Origin: Eledone cirrhosa
Lineage: Eukaryota
Reading direction: 5' to 3'
Assembly: GCA_964016885.1 (NCBI GenBank)
Contig: OZ024743.1
Location: 271,684,001 to 271,748,000 of the forward strand
DNA length: 64,000 nucleotides
The notes below the pieces were generated by a model that did no database searches, was not told the DNA's origin, and saw nothing but the letters and a program-made list of their open reading frames with translations. Numbering within the stretch: position 1 is the first letter of the stretch; each line of letters starts with the position of its first letter. The position numbers and the translations under genes are program-made. Positions 36,861 to 48,059 of the stretch are shown one piece after another.

Positions 36861-38289
36861 CTCAGTGAAGGACAAATTTTATGAACTGACTGCTAACAGT
36901 GAAATTTTTGAAAGGGAGAATTATCACATGGTATAATGGCCACCAGAGGGGTAGTATGGGTAAACAGTTGGAGAGTAACAAAGTTGCTAGAAGAAGCATT
37001 TCAGCCTAATTTTTACTCACCCAAACATAAGTATAAACACATTTATTTGTGGTGTCCCTCCTTTACCAGTTTTGTGCAATGAATGAATAAATAAATAATA
37101 GATTAATCAGAGCTACACACACACACATATATAGCAAGTTCTCAAATTATAAACCTAATAAGCAAGATTCGATTTAATAACCTTACTATTTGTATAAACA
37201 ATATAATTCCCCAGACCACAACGCCTGCAAAATTGGCACCACTGAACCACTCTAACATCCCCTTATCACCATTAAAGGACAACACATCGCAAATCAACTG
37301 TAAATCATCTTGCAAGCACAGACATTTTCTATCACCAACAACAATAATAAACAAACAAATACTCCAAGGACTCCAAGGTTATGCCATTAACCAATAGAAT
37401 GCAAGAAACAAACTCCTAACCAATCATATGCAAGAGAAGCTGGCATTCTAAGAACACTCCCTCAATGAATAAGTATTTTATCTTTATAGATACACTGCTT
37501 CAACTCTCTTCCCCTCACATATGGTACCAAACAACCATTATTGCCATTATCACCCTCAATTTACACCCCTACTATCTTATCACCCATTAAGCCTGTATCT
37601 CCCTGCTTTTATCTCTTGATATATCTTTCAATTCACTTGTCTGTCTTTTATTTTATTGTATTGTCCACAACCCTATTACTCTTTCATCCTAATACCTGTG
37701 TATCTATATCTATATATTTGTTTTATTTTATTTTGTATCTTCACTCTCTATTTTCTATTTGTTTATTTCCTTATTGTTTTACTTTCAATTCTTATTTTAT
37801 TTGATTTCTATCTTATTGTCTCACATCTCAATACCATTTTTATCTCACTTTTCTTCATGTTATTTTCTCATACCATTATCTTATTATCCCCCATTTTGCT
37901 ATACTTTTCATCGTGTTATTTTTCCTGTTATTGTCTGTACTCCACAGCCAGTATAAGTACGTTGTATCAACAGTACTGAACCAGTATTTTGATAATTTGG
38001 CTGGTGGTAACTGTATTTAAAATCGATTGTTAAAGCAGCACCACAGATAGCGATTTTTTGACACACCGGGCCAATGAAACATTTGTTAATACTTGGAATA
38101 AACCTATTGTATAGCCTATCCGTGTTATTCTTCACTCCTTCATTATTAATACTCCAGGAACCGCTTACCTAGGAACTATGCGGAATCGGCCACATGAATA
38201 CCACAACTAAGTAAACATCTTGTCGAGTCAAACAACACCAAACGTTAGAATCATCCACAGTACAGATTACTCACAACCTCCTCTTGGAT

Positions 38290-39321
38290 TACCTTAAACA
38301 ATACCTCGTTTACTTAAATATAACAAAGACATTTTTGACAGTAAGGCTAAATACTATAACAATGCTTTAAACTGAGCAGGTTACCCTGATAAAATTGAGT
38401 ACATAGACAAAAATTATTACCCCCCTCTCCATCCCCTATAGAAATCAACATACAATAGATGTTAACACTAACACGCAAACAGTTTATAACAATTCTAATA
38501 AGGCTGATATTTAAAACCTTAGATATGGAGTTAGGACAAATCCGATTTCGAATCGATATAACTCCTATAAAAGCAAAATTTAAAGAAAGATGGCACAACC
38601 ATCGCCACTCATTTAAAAGAGAAGATAAAAGATTTAGTACGGCCCTCTCTGAATTAATTTGGTCACTTAAAAATAATAATATCAAGTATTCCCTTTTTTG
38701 GCAGAAACTTTCTAATGCCTTGCCTTATAAAAATGCTTCCGAATCTAAAAGATGTGACCTCTGCCCCACTGAAATTCTACATATCATTTATAATAGGCAA
38801 TTAATTAATAAACGCTCTGAAATCTTTAGTTCTTGTCTTCACAGGCTTTCGAAAACGTTTCATAGGGTGCTTAGTTAAATTTAAATAAAAAAAATTTTTT
38901 AATTAAATAAATAATATTTCCTTATGTAATTTTTAAGCAAATAGAAAATAAAGACAAATAGACATAATAAGTAAACTAATATTTTTTCTGTTTTTCATAA
39001 TAACTTTTTCTTCTACCTTATCTTTAGTTAGTATATAAGTAAATTAAATTTAATATAAATTGATAAACATTCATCTTTTCTTTTAAAAAATAGTTATGCC
39101 AATAGTTAATATTTTCCTCTATTCGTATAATACCTACTTAAAAATAATTGTTGAAAGGATAAATTAGGCCACGGTAATTGCATCTCTTCCTTTGAACTAA
39201 ATAATTTATCTTAAACGCAGTGATTCATATATGCCGGAAGTGTATGATTGTTATGAAGACTTCGTTAAGATAAGTTTATTTTAATTTTTATTTTTATGTC
39301 TCCAAACTTTTCGGTTGTGTA

Positions 39322-39330
<9 letters not shown>
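38290..39330 (+). mobile_element. Penelope-like element 3' portion (RT thumb remnant + GIY-YIG C-terminal half; Nematis-like, tentative)
   Basis: NKDIFDSKAKYYNNAL*AGY; FKERWHNHRHSF...STALSELIWSLK...CDLC..E...INKRSE...CLH; ends at (TG)n(TA)n. Confidence 0.7.
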
Positions 39331-39370
<40 letters not shown>

Positions 39371-39898
39371 GTGAGGTTTTTTTTACAAAATGAAAAATAA
39401 CCGAGGTGTCCTACACGAGTGGAAGTATAAAGAAAAAGGGATGAAATCGAAAATGCAACTGAAGTCTTATTTTTTTTTTTTAAATATATATATTTATTTG
39501 GTTCCTTTACCGGTTTCGCAGTTCTTCTGCTTTTCAAAAGGTGAGTTGAGATGGAGGGTCTGTGGTTTTTCTCACATCTGGTTGGTCTCTAAATGTTACT
39601 TGTTTTATATGGAAAAACTGGCTCGAAAACCAGGTTTTTCGAGAAGTAATTTGATTGGTTTGTCAATAATTATAATAAATTTCGCGCCAGTTCGCGTTAC
39701 AATAGTTCTTCAAATAAGAGGGGGGGGGGGTCACAGGTTGTTTTTTCATATATGAGTGTTTGAATTTCTTTTTACTTGAAAAAATGAGGCTCACGAAGGC
39801 TTTTTTTTGGTTGGTTATAAATGAAATTTGGCTGTCACGTGAACAAGTTTTCATTACATTTTTGCGCCCTTATTTGGAAAACTATTCTGTAGTCTATA

Positions 39899-40582
39899 GT
39901 GAATGTTATGACAACTAAAGCAATAGGCATTGATGAATTACGGAAACAGAAACAAATTCAAGGTACGTCCAATATTCTATCATATATCTCAACACACAAC
40001 CCAAGAAATGCGGAAGCTTACAACACTATTCACAATAACATCCCACTACTAAAACAAAACCCAAGAATGAAAAAAGCCCTTGAAACACACAAAATAATCA
40101 AAAGCAAAAGACAACCAAAATCACTGAAAACATTACTCACCAATGCCAAATTACCTACCACAAACCCACAACCAAGTATCAAAAAATGTGGTCGCTCTAA
40201 TTGTGGAACCTGCACTCACCTCATTGAAGGCAACACGTATACATTTAAATCAGGACAAAATTTTACTGTAAAAAATCACTTCACTTGCTCATCAAAAAAT
40301 CTAATTTATGCCATTAAATGTAAAGGATGCAATGAAGATTATATAGGACAAACTAAACTCACACTCAGAAACAGAATGACAGTTCATCGCCAACAATTAC
40401 GAGATCCAACCACGAGACAAATACCACTAAGTGCACATCTAGACATTTGCGCAAGTAATAAGACACCCAAATTCCAAGTCTTCCCATTTTACCTTTGCGC
40501 TAACAATACAACAGAACAAATGCGAATAAATAAGGAAAATATGTTTATTCAAAAATATAGACCAACATTAAATAAGGTTTAA
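39899..40582 (+). CDS. Penelope-type GIY-YIG endonuclease (with RT-thumb remnant and Cys linker), open frame
   Basis: CGRSNCGTC linker, NLIYAIKCKGC..YIGQT, R..H, E...I....PTLN. Confidence 0.85.
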   Translation: MNVMTTKAIGIDELRKQKQIQGTSNILSYISTHNPRNAEAYNTIHNNIPLLKQNPRMKKALETHKIIKSKRQPKSLKTLLTNAKLPTTNPQPSIKKCGRSNCGTCTHLIEGNTYTFKSGQNFTVKNHFTCSSKNLIYAIKCKGCNEDYIGQTKLTLRNRMTVHRQQLRDPTTRQIPLSAHLDICASNKTPKFQVFPFYLCANNTTEQMRINKENMFIQKYRPTLNKV

Positions 40583-40786
40583 TATACATTATGTCAACAC
40601 CACAATATGACATACACACACACACATAACACCTACTTTAGAAAATAAAAACCCGAACTAAATAAACCTTAAACATACGTTTGCACTGGCAATACAACAG
40701 CAAACACGAAAAAGTCAGGAAAATATGTTCATTCAAAAATATTCCTACTAAAGGAATCATTTTCCTACACACACACATACACACAC

Positions 40787-40827
<41 letters not shown>

Positions 40828-41085
40828 TCTTCATCTTAACATGCTAACCATACTCCCACACACATAACACCCATACACACACATAAAAACCCCCACACCT
40901 ACAACACCCTCCCCATTTCTACTAATAGAACCACTTTCCTACACACATATATATATACACACACACAAAAAATATATATTCTCTCTATCTAACATACTCG
41001 CACACACACACATAACACCCATATACACACACACACAACTCCCTCCCCCATCTCTACTAATAGAATCATCTTCCAATACACACAT

Positions 41086-41118
<33 letters not shown>

Positions 41119-41631
41119 AGCACACAAATAAACACATATCTTCAGTCTCAATAGAAAATCTGAACTCTGACACCTGAACTCTGACAGCTGGCCATATTCA
41201 CTGAACCAGAACATTTCTCCCAATCCCTTTTCCCTTGACCACTATCTCTCCATTGTCATAACATTCACTATAGACTACAGAATAGTTTTCCAAATAAGGG
41301 CGCAAAAATGTAATGAAAACTTGTTCACGTGACAGCCAAATTTCATTTATAACCAACCAAAAAAAAAGCCTTCGGGAGCCTCATTTTTTCAAGTAAAAAG
41401 AAATTCAAACACTCATATATGAAAAAACAACCTGTGACAACCCCCCCCCCCTCTCTTATTTGAAGAACTATTGTAACGCGAACTGGCGCGAAATTTATTA
41501 TAATTATTGACAAACCAATCAAATTACTTCTCGAAAAACCTGGTTTTCGAGCCAGTTTTTCCATATAAAACAAGTAACATTTAGAGACCAACCAGATGTG
41601 AGAAAAACCACAGACCCTCCATCTCAACTCA

Positions 41632-41669
41632 CCTTTTGAAAAGCAGAAGAACTGCGAAACCGGTAAAGG
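41632..41669 (+). ncRNA. Minimal hammerhead, U3-A8 variant, in pLTR (mirror copy at 39504-39541 minus)
   Basis: CCTT-TTGAAAA-GCAG AAGAA CTGC-GAAA-CCGG-TA-AAGG. Confidence 0.6.
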
Positions 41670-41738
41670 AACCAAATAAATATATATATTTAAAAAAAAA
41701 ATAAGACTTCAGTTGCATTTTCGATTTCATCCCTTTTT

Positions 41739-41776
<38 letters not shown>

Positions 41777-41999
41777 TGTATGGATTTTATAAAGATATGT
41801 GTCATTTCTTCTTATCTACAAATTATGTTCAAATAGTATGTGTAACAACAGTTTGTAAGAAAAGTGGAAGCCGTTATGCTCTCACTTTTCGTAAAGATGG
41901 CTGTATATTTGTTATTTATATTTGTGTGTATGTGACTGGCAACTGTGTTAAACATTCTATGTATCAGCCATTACGGTTCTCCCTTGCTGTGTGCAAGAG

Positions 42000-44570
42000 G
42001 TGTGATGAAGAGGTGCCTCTGCAAGACCAATCGCAGGCAAACATCGTAGTTATAAGCTTTTCTAGGTGGGTAATGATGATGGGTTAGGTGGGGTGGGCAT
42101 ATTACTGACTGAGAGATGGATCAATAAGACAATAGAGATAGTTAGAGTTAGTAATAGAATAATTAAGCTTAGGTTAGTTGTAGGCAAGAGACTACTGACA
42201 ATCATCTCTGCCTATGCTCCCCAGGCAGGCCTAGGTAAAGAAGAGAAAGACGGCTTTTACGAGCAACTTTTACAGACAGCCTCAATGACAGAGGACAGAG
42301 ACATCGTTATGCTAGCAGGGAACTTAAATGGATATGTTGGAAAGCTCCAGGACGGATACACTGGGGTATATGGTGGGCACGGTTACGGCTCAAGAAGTGA
42401 AGAAGGAGTGAGGCTTCTTGAATTTTGCGATACAAATGCACTAACCATTTGCAACACTAACTTCCAGAAGCCTACCAACCACCTAATAACCTACAAATCA
42501 GGCGAGCACATAAGCCAGATTGACTTCCTGCTAGTTAGACAGCGAGACAGATGGATGGTGTCAAATACTAAGGCTTATCCTGGGGAAGAATGTACCCCAC
42601 AGCATAGGTTAGTCGTTAGTGACATCTCAGTAAGCAAGAGAAAGAATGAGACATACAGGAAGGCGTGGAAAAGAAAGGTCTGGAAGCTAAAAGACTTTTC
42701 ATTAAAATATAAAATTTAGCAAAGCCCTTCAAGATGCGTACGACGAAAAAGAAGATGATTTAGAGTTGTATGACCTAGATGATAACTGGAATTTCTTGCG
42801 TGACAACTTACTGCAGGCTACTGAAGAAACTTGTGGTTGGGGCAGAGCTTCAACCAGACAGAGAGTGACCTGGTAGTGGAACAGCATGGTAGATAGGGCC
42901 ATTAGAGACAAAAGAATGGCATGGAAAGCTTGGGAAAATGGTGTAAGTAGAGATGGATACACAGCCGCTGAGAGAGAAGCTAGACATCAGGTGTACTTAG
43001 CACGCAGGGAGACTGAGAGTAGGAGGTTTGCCAATGTTCTGCGACGGGAAGATCAGAGACGTGCGTGCGGTGTTCCGCATTGCAAGGCAGTGTGTCAGTG
43101 CAAATCAGGATGTTGTTGGAGATAAGTGTGTCCGGAATGATGCTGGTGTACTTAGTGTCACGAATGATCAAACGAAGGAGGCCTGGAAATGTCATTATGA
43201 GAGACTGATGAATGGTGGATTGGCAGTATCGGTAGAGAGTCGGACACCATGCTTTGAAGCATAGAGTTACGTCCCTTTATGATCTGAGTTCAAATCCCGC
43301 CGAGGTTAACTTTGTCTTTAATCCTTACGGGGTCGATAAAATAAAGTACCAATAATGTACTGGGTAATTGCTGGCCTCGTGCCTAAAAATAGAAACAATT
43401 ATGAGAGACTGATGAATGTAGAGAACGAATGAGACAGAGAGGAATTACCCCCAGTAGACCTGACAGAGGGACCAGCTATTGAGATTGACGAATATAGGGT
43501 ACAAGAGGCAATTAAGGAAATGAAGAATGCTAAGGCTGCTGGGCCGTTAGCGATAGTTGCTGAGATGCTGAAGGCTTCAGGAGAAGTAGGCACTAAACTA
43601 GTTGCACGCATCATTAATCAAGCTATATATGGTGGTGTCATACCCAAAGACTGGGCAGCAGTATTCTCATAAATTGTTACAAAGATAAAGGGGATGCTCT
43701 AGAGAGGAGCATTTATAGGGGCATAAAGCTGATGGATCAGGTTATGAAAGTGGCAGAGAGAATATTAGTGCAACTGATTAGAGAAAGGGTCAATTTAGAT
43801 GAGATGCAGTTTGGTTTTGTACCTCGGAAAAGTACAACAGATGCCCTCTTCTTAGTGAGGCAACTACAAGAGAGGTTCTTAGAGAAGAATAAGCCACTAT
43901 ACTTAGCTTTTGTTGACCTAGAGAAGGCCTTTGATAGGGTACCCCGATCTGTCATCTGGTGGTCCCTAAAGAAACTAGGTGTAGAGGAATGGCTTGTGAG
44001 GACAGTGCAAGCTATGTACAGGGGTGCTGTCAGTAAAGTGAGAATAGGAATGGAGTTTAGTGAGGAATTCCAGATAAAAGTAGGTGTACATCAAGGTTCT
44101 GTCCTCAGCCCACTCTTGTTCATTATAGCCCTCCAAGCCATAATAGAGGAGTTTAAGACTTAATGCTCATGGAAACTTCTCTATGCTGATGATCTGGTTC
44201 TTATAGCAGAATCAGTAAAGGAGCTAGAGAATAAATTCTGGCTATGGAAACAGCAGTTGGATTCAAGAGGACTGAGAGTGAACATATCTTAGACAAAAGT
44301 GTTGATAGGTAGAAGAGAGGACAATACTCTGATTCCAACAGCGAAATGGCCATGTTTGATATGTAGAAAAGGAACTGGCATAAATTCCATAAAATGTACG
44401 CAATGCAGATCTTGGGTACACAGAGATGTAGTGGGATAGCAGGCAAACTAACAGGTAGGGAAAACTATGTATGCAGTAGATGTACAGGGAAAGTTGGCAG
44501 TAGTAATCGCAGTGATAGATACATTTTTCCAGTGCAGGTGGATTCTATAGAAGTGGTTAATAGTGGTAAA
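42000..44570 (+). mobile_element. RTE LINE (APE + RT + PHD-like finger), degenerate, with nested SINE
   Basis: ORFs 42066-42719 and 43732-44163 are homologous to the 19460-21641 element. Confidence 0.9.
43215..43397 (+). mobile_element. tRNA-SINE family 1 with 21-bp TSD
   Basis: TSD ATTATGAGAGACTGATGAATG at 43194-43214 and 43398-43418. Confidence 0.9.
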
Positions 44571-44708
44571 CGGAACTTGAACCGTTAAGGTCTGATTCCT
44601 GGGTATGTCACTATTTATAAAACAATATGGTTTTATAAATATAGTTTCCATTTATTAATATCATTTATATATATATATATATATATACACGATATATATA
44701 TATATATA

Positions 44709-45059
44709 ATTGTTTCTACTTTTTGGCACAAGGCCAGCAAATTACCCAGTGCATTACTGGTACTTTATTTTATCGACTCCGTAAGGATTAAAGGCAAAGT
44801 TAACCTCAGCGGCATTTGAACTCAGAATGGCAAGGGACGTAACTATGCGTCAAGGCATGGCGTCCGACCCCGTACCGATACTGTCAATCCACCAATGTTA
44901 TTAAAAATGAAGAGATGGTTCTATGTTTCCATATTTCTATTTATTATATTACATAATTCCCGTCAAGGTTAACTTTGCCTTTCATCCTTACGGGGTCGAT
45001 AAAATAAAGTACCAGTAATGTACTGGGTAATTGTTGGCCTTGTGCCAATAGTAGAAACA
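44709..45059. mobile_element. Two family-1 SINEs head-to-head (44709-44893 minus; 44957-45059 plus, truncated)
   Basis: Shared core; plus copy has TSD ATTATATTACATAA. Confidence 0.8.
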
Positions 45060-45072
45060 ATTATATTACATA

Positions 45073-45157
45073 ACATCTGTAATGCATATTTCAGAGGTAT
45101 TAGACTTTGAGTACATAATGGTTAAGTAACTCTAATATGTCATCATCTGACAGATGT
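45073..45157 (-). ncRNA. Hammerhead-like motif (CAGAUGA variant)
   Basis: ACATCTGT-CAGATGA-long stem II-GAAA-TATGCA-TT-ACAGATGT. Confidence 0.45.
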
Positions 45158-45519
45158 AAACAATTATTGTGATATGGGAATAGTTGGATGTAAGATGTTG
45201 ATTGTCCAGAATCTAGTCGGCATAGGATATATAGAAGACAAGTCATTCAATTCCTCTTTGTCAGATAGAGGGTGGGTTTAAAAGTGTAGCAAATGCCTTG
45301 ATAATAGTAGGGTTTACTAACAGATTAATTCTATTGATGGAATTTTAGCTGTCATGTCCTTCTCCTTTATTATCTAGAGTAACAAAGCGGTTATTTTCCG
45401 TTTTGTATTTTATTTTTTATTTTATATTGTAGTATTTCAATGATTGTAGTTGTCTTTATTGTTAAGTTTACAGGTGAATCTCATCAAAATATAACAGTGT
45501 AAAGTTTGTTCTGTTCAGT

Positions 45520-47190
45520 TCCTATGTGAGGACTTTGGAATTAAGCTGGAATCCAACTTCAGATCAGTAAGTAAAGTGTTCTGGCAGACCATCCGTTGAC
45601 TTCGTAAAATGAAGCCTTCCTCGACCCCTGCTATCAAGAATGCGTCTGGGGTCTTTTCTTCAGAGAGGTGCATCCTCTTGAGGTGGAGAGAATACTTTGC
45701 TGATCTTCTGAACCAGATCACAACACCACCTTCTGTTGTATACAAGGTGCATCTGGGAGCAGTGAATAAGCTCTCAGAGAGTGAGGTCATAAGAGCAGTT
45801 AAAGAGCTCAAATATGACAAGGCCGCTGGGGAGGATGAAATTCAGCCCGAGATGTTAAAAGCTTTAAATAGAGAAAGTATTCTCTTGCTGACTCATGTAT
45901 GCCAGGTAGCCTGGATCTCTGGAAAGGCACCTAAGCAATGGCAATCAGGAATGATAATCCCAATTTTCAAAGAGGGAGATAATAGAGATTGTTCCAATTA
46001 CAGAGGGATTTTCTTGTTAAGCCTCCTCAATAAAGTCTATGCTAAGTGTCTGGCAAAGAGATGCAGGGAGACTGTCGAGTCCAAGCTAGCTGATGAACAA
46101 TGTGGTTTTTGCCCTGGATGCAATGCAGCCGACCAAATATTCACACTGCGATAGGTCTTCAAGAAATTGTTGGGTATTGCCAAGAGGTATATTCTTGTTT
46201 TCCCAACCTTGAAAGGGCATATGACCACCTTCCTCAGGACCTGCTGTGGAAGGTTCTGCAGGAGTATGAGATCGATGGTCAGCTTTTTGCTGCCCTGATG
46301 TCTTATATGAATGTAGGAGTATTTGTGTTCAGATAAATGGTGCTAAATCAAAACCATTCAATGTGAGAGTCAGACTCCACCAATTGTGTGTACCGTCACC
46401 TCTCCTGTTCATTATTTACATGAACAGAAGGGCGGGGAATTGGCAGTATCGGTAGAGAGTCGGACGCCATGCTTTCTAGCATAGTTACGTCCCTTTACAG
46501 TCTGAGTTCAAATCCCGCCGAGGTTAACTTTGCCTTTCATCCTTACGGGGTCGATAAAATAAAGTACCAGTAATGTACTGGGTAATTGCTGGCCTTGTGC
46601 CTAAAGTAGAAACAATTATTTACATGAACAGAATTGACATCCACAGCTGGGTTAAAAGTGGCAGGTGTAAAATCAGTCGGCTGCAATTTGCAGACAACAT
46701 GGTGTTACTTAACCCGATAAAAGGTGATCTCCGACTTTCACTCGATAGGTTTGATGTTGAGTGCTGCATGGCTGGAATGAAAATCAGTGCTGCAAAAAAC
46801 GGAGACACTTGTTCTCTCAAGGAAGTCTGCACAGTGCACTCTACATATAAATGGTGTTCTACTGAAGTAGGTAGAGAAGTTCAAGTATCTTGGGGCCATG
46901 TTCACAAGTGATGGAAGCTGCTACTTCTCAAAGTTGAGAGATCACAGATCTGATACTATGGGTATGTGGTTAGAATGTCTCTGGAAAGAATCACTGGACA
47001 GATTTTACGGGCAAAACCATCCTGCAGGAGACCCAGAGGTAGACCCCAAGCAAGATGGTTGGACAACATCCATGAGCTTCGCTAGTCTCACTTGGTGATC
47101 CAGGCAGATCAGTTGGAAATGGTTGCTTCCAACAGGACCCACTGGAAGGAGTGTTTGAGGACTCTGTCCCCATGACCCTCTCAGGAATAA
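45520..47190 (+). mobile_element. RTE LINE RT fragment (second RTE subfamily)
   Basis: KAAGEDEIQPEMLK, CSNYRGI, EQCGF.PG..AADQIF, FAD; (GAA)n tail. Confidence 0.85.
46430..46614 (+). mobile_element. tRNA-SINE family 1 with 19-bp TSD
   Basis: TSD ATTATTTACATGAACAGAA at 46411-46429 and 46615-46633. Confidence 0.9.
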
Positions 47191-47595
47191 GTGGGGGAAG
47201 AAGAAGAAGAAGAAGAAGAAGAAGAAGAAGAAGAAGAAGAAGAAGAAGATATAAAAGCTTGGTTGAATTTTCCTTAGTGTTATTCTCTTTTCCTTCCTTG
47301 GCCTTCAAATTGTAGAGATGTAGTTGTGGCCTTCTAAACCTGGTGGAGTCCATGATTGGACTATTCAAACTATAGTTGAAAGAGAGAGACAGTGAAAAGA
47401 ATCGACTCCGATATTCAACTGGTATCATATTTATTGACACTGAAGTGACGAAGCCAAAGTTAACCCTGGTTAAAATTTGAATTCAGCTGGAAGGAATACC
47501 AGAAACATTTTATTCAACATGTTTGTGACTCTATTAACTCATTTCTTACTGTTCCAGTGAAAATTAAGAATGTAAAATGAAATTCGTTTTCTTAC

Positions 47596-47722
47596 GCAGT
47601 GATTGTCTCTGTAAGAATATGGAAATCCCCAAAAAATGTAGCTGGTGCAGCAGATAGATATGTGCAATTCTCAGCAACTCGAAAGCATAATCCTTTGGCA
47701 AAGAACCATCCTTGATCACACA
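47596..47722 (-). CDS. Host gene exon: N-terminus of divergent C-type lectin-like domain
   Basis: CAG acceptor, GTAAGA donor, phase 1-2; (L)CDQGWFFAKGLCFRVAENCTYLSAAPATFFGDFHILTETIT matches the CTL 'CxxGWxxxxxxCY/F' start. Confidence 0.8.
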
Positions 47723-48059
47723 CTGGTGGAAAGAGAAAGGAAATAATACATAATAAAGTTTAAGGTTGCAATTGTTCACCAAAAGTTTAATGAGAATGAA
47801 AATACATATTCTACAGTGATGGCAGTGGACATAAAAGTCTGAAACCCAATATTAAACAGTCAGGCTCCTGCTATAAACATTGACTTTCGTTCTGTATTGT
47901 CTAAAAATGTTCCCCCAAAAGAGTTTTGTCTCTTGCTTGCCTCTGAGCATGTGAACACCTGCAAAGATAGTCTCAACTGATGGAAGAAGAAAAAGGAGGA
48001 GGAGGAGGAGGAGGAGGAGGAGAAGAAGAAGAAGAAGAAGAAGAAGAAGAAGAAGAAGA

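Larger units (their letters stand above)
39364..41745 (+). mobile_element. Penelope-like (Neptune-type) element, 5'-truncated with inverted pLTR
   Basis: Inverted repeats 39426-39914 / 41253-41745; GIY-YIG ORF between them; (TA)n on both sides. Confidence 0.85.

Noticed and set aside
39200-39275. Hammerhead in the 3' region of the Nematis-like element
   Set aside because: Stem I (TTATCTTAA/TTAAGATAA) is present but both core strands are too degenerate to call
43215-43290. tRNA gene
   Set aside because: tRNA-like head is followed by SINE core and tail with a TSD; no complete cloverleaf
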